A DNA stretch of 64,000 nt from Azolla caroliniana (lineage: Eukaryota > Plantae > Polypodiophyta). The stretch is taken from NCBI GenBank assembly GCA_043228905.1, contig JBHGNT010000016.1:9610001-9674000 (forward strand). The letters run 5' to 3'. Below the pieces are notes generated by a model, which did no database searches, was not told the origin of the DNA, and saw only the letters and a program-made list of their open reading frames with translations. The translations under genes and the position numbers were made by a program. Shown piece by piece: positions 59,002 through 64,000 of this stretch (positions within the stretch are counted from its first letter, which is position 1; every line of letters begins with the position of its first letter).

Positions 59002-62000
59002 CTGCCTCTATAGTCGACAAGGCTACAAACTTCTGCAGTCGTGATTGCCACGACACTGCTTCCCCTCCATAGGTCATCACGTACCCCAACGTGGATCGGC
59101 TTGAGTCTACATCTCCCGACATGTCCGAGTCAATAAAACCTTCCAACACAGGTTTTCCAACACCATACCCTAGGCACACCCCTGAGGTGCCTTTTAAGTA
59201 CTTGAGTATCCATTTCACTGTTGCCCAGTGTTCTCTTCCTGGATTACTCATATATCGGCCTACTACTCCCATAACAAATGCTATTTCTAGTCTCGTACAG
59301 ACCATAGCATACATTAGACTGTCGATGGCCGAGGCATATGGTACCTTCCTCATCTCGGCCTTCTCATTCTCCCCTTTCGAGCACTGCTTTACATTCAAGT
59401 TGCAATTTTTCGGCAACGCTGAGCCGACTGACTTTGCATCTGACATTTTGAACCTTTCTAGGATCTTTGTCACATACTTTTGTTGTGACAACCATAGCAC
59501 CTTTTGCGTTCTGTCTCAAACTATGTGCATTCCTAGGATCTGTTTAGCTGGTCCAAGGTCTTTCATGGCAAACGACCTGCCTAGAGCTTTCTTCAAGCTT
59601 CCGATCTTCCTTATGTCTTGACCGACTATCAACATGTCATCAACATATAACAAGAGAATCAAGAAGTCCCCTTCTTCATACCTTTTGACAAACGCACAGT
59701 GATCGGCCTGTGTTTTTTGGAACCGGTGTTCCATCATGAAGGACTCGAATTTCTTGTACCATTGGTGTGGAGCTTGTTTCAGACCGTACAAGCTTTTCTT
59801 CAGTCGACACACCAGGTTCTCTTTCCCTTTCTCCTCAAAGCCTTCGGGTTGCTACATGTAACTTTCTTCTTCAAGCTCCCCGTGTAGGAATGCGGTTTTG
59901 ACATCCAATTGTTCGATCTCAGGGTTCATACTAGCCGCTATACTCAGAACATTTCGAATGGATGTCATCTTTACGACTGGTGTGAATATTTCATCGAAGT
60001 CGATGCCCTTTTGTGGTAAAATCCTTCATCACTATGCGGGCTTTATACCTGGCCTTATTGTCAGCTTCTCCAGTCTTCACCTTGTAGACCCACTTATTCC
60101 TAAGTGCTCTCTTACCTTTCGGCAACTCTACCAGGTCGTAGGTGTAATTCTTGTGTAGGGATTCCATCTCATCTTGCATCGCGCTCAACCATTTCTCTCT
60201 GTGCTCATCGGCAATGGTTTCTTCATAGCACTCTGGTTCACCTTCATCAGTCAAGAGGATGTATTGACTAGAATATGTTGTCGGTGCTTTCCTTTCTCTG
60301 AGTGGGTATCTTCTTCCACTCGTTGTTGGCTCTCTTTCGGATGTCTCTGCCAACTCATCTCTCCGCTCGGATTCCTACATGTCAAACGGCATATCCCGGT
60401 TGGACTTCAATTGACCTTAGCAGCTCTGCCGACTGTGACTCATAGTCGGTCGGTCTCTCCCAATCGACCGATTCGGATTCGACTATGTCGACTGGCCGTC
60501 TCCGAATAGCCGACGTTGTCGGTTCACTTGCCCTTAGATCGACGATATTCGGGGTTGACTAGGGAGTCGTATCCGACTTCTGTTGCTTCCGGTCTTCAAT
60601 CGTCTTATCTTCAAGAAAGACTACGTCCCGACTTCTCACTACCTTCTTGTTAACTAGGTCCCATGGCCTATAGCCGAACTCATCTTCTAAGCATCCCATG
60701 AATATGCATGCATTCAACTTACTGTCGAGTTTTGACCTCTGATCCTTCATTACAATCATATACCCCAAATATCCGAACACCCTCAGGTGTTGGTAGGAGA
60801 CATCCTTCCCTGTCCACACTCTCTATGGGACATCACCCTTTAATGGTATTGAGGGAGACCTGTTGATCAGATAAACAGTTGTGTACATCGTCTAAGCCCA
60901 ATAGGACTTTGGTAGTTTTGCATCAGAGAGCATGCGCCTTACCCTCTCCATGATTGTTTGATTCATCCTCTGCAAGCTCGTTCAACTCTGGGGTCTTTGG
61001 CACTGTGTATTTGATCTGAATACCTTGGCACTTGTAGTATTCCTTGAATTTCCCTCTATACTCGCCACCGTTATCGGTTCGAACAACCTTCAACTTCCAA
61101 CCCGACTCTCGTTCAGTTCTAACCTGGAACTCCTTGAAAACCGATAGTACTTGATCCTTCGACTTCAGTACGAAGGCCCATGTCATCGATGAACGTCACA
61201 AAGTATTGTCCACCTCGATGCGATGGAGCATCTACATAACACACATCCGTGTGTACCAATTCCAGTGCAGCTTCTCTTCTTCTTGGTGGTCTTGTGTGGA
61301 ATGTTGATCTATTCTGCTTCTCGACTAAGTAGTCTACGCACTTCTCCAGGTTTCTCCAGGTGCACTCCCTTGACTTTTGGTAGACGTTTTTGGTTGGCTA
61401 GCCGAAAGCTACCACTATAGCCTTCGTCATCTAACCTTCCAGTCGATATCAAATTCAATCTGATATCGGGGACCTATTGAACATCCTTCAGAGTCAATCG
61501 ACACCGTATCAACATCGTCAAGGAGACATTTCCGACTCCGGCTATCTTGCACTCTCCACTATCACCCATTTTCACATAATCGTGATCTCCGGCTATGTAA
61601 GTCGAGAAATACTCTCTCGACGGAGTTTTGTGGAACGATGCCCCGGAATCGATCACCCAAGTGCATTCTTCACTTGTAAGATTTGCACTTGTCTGTTCAC
61701 AAATGAAGAACAGTTCTTCATTGCTCGTAGCAATGGCCGAAGTGTTCTTCTCATCAGGAATCTTCCTAGGTTCCACATTGTTGCCGACACCCTTGTCTTT
61801 TCTCATGTGTCAGCAGTCCTTCTGGAAGTGTCCAGGTTTACCACAGTAAAAGCACACTAGCTTACCTCTGGACTTCGATTTGGCTTGGGACTTTTCTCTC
61901 CTTGGTGGACTTCTTTGCCGGTTCCTTCCTTTGTCCGAATGTTGTGTTACATTCTACTCTAACTGGGACATGACTCCCTTGTCCTTCCTCCTTGCCTCCT

Positions 62001-62815
62001 CATTTAGCATGCTTGTCTTTACAGTTTGTAAAGACAAGTTCTCTTCTTGACAACAGGTGCCGAGAGTAAACACCAGGTTCTCCCAAGTATCCAGTAGTGT
62101 GCACATCAGCAGAATGGCCTGCATTCTAGGGGAAACTTGGTTGCAACAAGTTGATTCACATACCCCATGAATGTGCTGATGTGTTCGACGATGCTCTCAC
62201 CGTCCCTGTATTTCAGCCGTACGATCTTTCTCATCAGTGAGGTTTTATTGAGCGCGTTCTTCCTCTCATATAGACCTGACAACTTCTGCCACATCTCGTG
62301 TGCATTTGTGTCATTCGCCACATATTGCAAGATACTTACGTCAACGCATTGTCGGATGGTGGCCACCGCCTTTCCGTTAAGAAGTTTCCAATCTGACTCC
62401 AATACCCCCCTGGGTATATCTGCTCTGTCAACTGGCTCGTACAAGTCTTTGACTATGAGAAGGTCCTCCATCTTTATCTTCCAGTCTGCATAGTTCTGTG
62501 AGTTTAGAACTATCATGCCTGGGAAGCAGCTCACACCTCCTTCCATGCTTGCACCTCAAGCTTTGATATCAGATTGTTGAGAATTGATTCGTAAAACCAC
62601 ATGTGAACGATTACTTGCGGAAGCGTTAGAAAACACAGAAAGTAGGGAATATAAGGAGTACACGGGAGAGAAAGAGAGAGTAGAATGTATGAGCTATATT
62701 CAAAACGATATAGTCACTCTGTTACATACAACTGTGCTCAGTAGCACTATTTATACAAGTCCTCCTAGGACTGACATAAGTATCGCGTACATCAATGCTC
62801 ACACGAGCTTCTGAC
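59002..62815 (-). mobile_element. Degenerate Ty1/Copia element I (related to H); RNase H cut by the Sola TIR, 5' LTR (from 62575) truncated
   Basis: gag LNSQNYADWKIKM, WVIDSGASFH, LLLYVDD, VALSTIEA then the TIR; degenerate Met-i PBS at 62560-62571. Confidence 0.88.
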
Positions 62816-63977
62816 ACTTACTACGCGACCCCTCTTGTTCTGCATGCCTCGACCTTCTCGGTCGGTATGTCTGCTCAATAGGCCCCTCTCAGCTCCTTCG
62901 CTGCTATGACTTCGACGCTTATCGATCCATCGGTTCCTCCGCGATGGCATCGACTTCCGCTGCATCCGTGTCTGCTTGGCCTTGAATTGATCCAGTTCTT
63001 TCGAATTTGTCTTTTGAACCGAATCGACTGTCTCCGATTCGTTCCAGCTCTTGTCCGAATCGTTTGCTCTCGATTCGTCTTCTGGTTCCAAGCCCTTCAC
63101 CACATCGGACCATGTCCGGGTCTTGGCCTTCTTCCTTCGGTCGGCTTTATCCTTCTTGACTCTGCCGCCTTCTGCTCTTCCCTCATCGGCGCAATCGGCA
63201 GTGTCTTTGCCTTTGCCCATTCCGGTGTCTTTGCCCGTTCTCCCCCTCAAGTGTGGCACGTTGAGATGTTGAACACCAAGAATTTCGGTGAAGTGTTGCA
63301 ACTTGTCTGATCTGAGTGGTTTGGTGAAGGTATCGGCAACTTGCCGATCCGTATACCAAAGTTCAACCTCACCGCACAAGACACGCTCACGCACGAAGTG
63401 ATAGTGCACTTCTATGTGTTTTGTGCGAGCATGGAATACGGGGTTCTTGGCGAAGTGCATGTTGCTTATGTTGTCGTAGTAGATCAGAATCGGGGTCGAT
63501 ACCTCGATCCGTAGGTCTTGCAACAGTCGCCGAAGCCAAATGGCTTCACAGGTGGCAATGGTAGCACCCCGATACTCAGCCTCAGTGCTCGACAGAGTGC
63601 TCCACGCAATAGTCGCACTACCTAGGGAAAACATGTAACCGGAGGTTGAGCGGCGATCTGATGCATCGTCGGCCCAGTCAGCAACTGTGTAACCAACCAG
63701 CCCTTCAGGTATACCGCGCCGGTATAAAACGCCCCGGTCCTTCGTGTCGCTTACATATCGTAGTATCCGTTGCACACACTGAAGGTGCTCCACGGTCGGC
63801 TTCTGCATGAACTGACTTATCATTCCAACGGGATTGCTGATGTCAGGTCGCGTGATAGTCAAGTAAATAAGGCTTCCGACAAATTGTCAGAACCGTTGCT
63901 TGTTGCAGGCCAGTCCGGAGTTGGGACGAAGCTTCTGGTTCCGGTCCAAGGGTGTGGAGATAGGTCGGCATTTTGTC
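62816..63977 (-). pseudogene. pol: RT end, RNase H and 3' extension of Copia J (G family)
   Basis: TRPDIS, DWA, SSTEAEY, RTKHIEVHYH; nucleotide similarity to G 50100-50840. Confidence 0.88.
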
Positions 63978-64000
63978 ACTGTCTACATCCAGAACCGGAT

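Noticed and set aside
62816-63977. J as the displaced 3' end of G
   Set aside because: J duplicates RT-end/RNase H sequence already present in G, so it is a separate copy

Overview
Eukaryotic, almost certainly non-seed land-plant (bryophyte/lycophyte/fern-like, inferred from the TE families) heterochromatic window made almost entirely of nested transposons; no intact host gene is seen. Left half (1-34.5 kb): a stack of non-chromovirus Ty3/Gypsy elements. Remnant E carries A, A carries B (3621-30613), and B carries a solo LTR, the very young element C (8635-18469) and two nested gag-only tRNA-Trp-primed LTR elements (D1, D2). Right half: the 3' part of an intron-containing beta-class N4/N6 DNA methyltransferase pseudogene (34655-35301), then a TIR-bounded Sola2-like DNA transposon (35302-59001) with a split transposase, a convergent RING + FCP1-like cargo gene and intronic arrays of a 14-bp palindrome. 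The transposon is invaded by Copia elements F, G and H and sits in Copia I, which abuts Copia J. Most striking: in two different Gypsy families (B and C) the polypurine tract is replaced by a sense copy of a tRNA-Arg 3' end ending in CCA exactly 2 nt before the 3' LTR, suggesting tRNA-primed plus-strand synthesis. All tRNA and protein-family assignments are from motif recognition and recalled sequences, not database searches.
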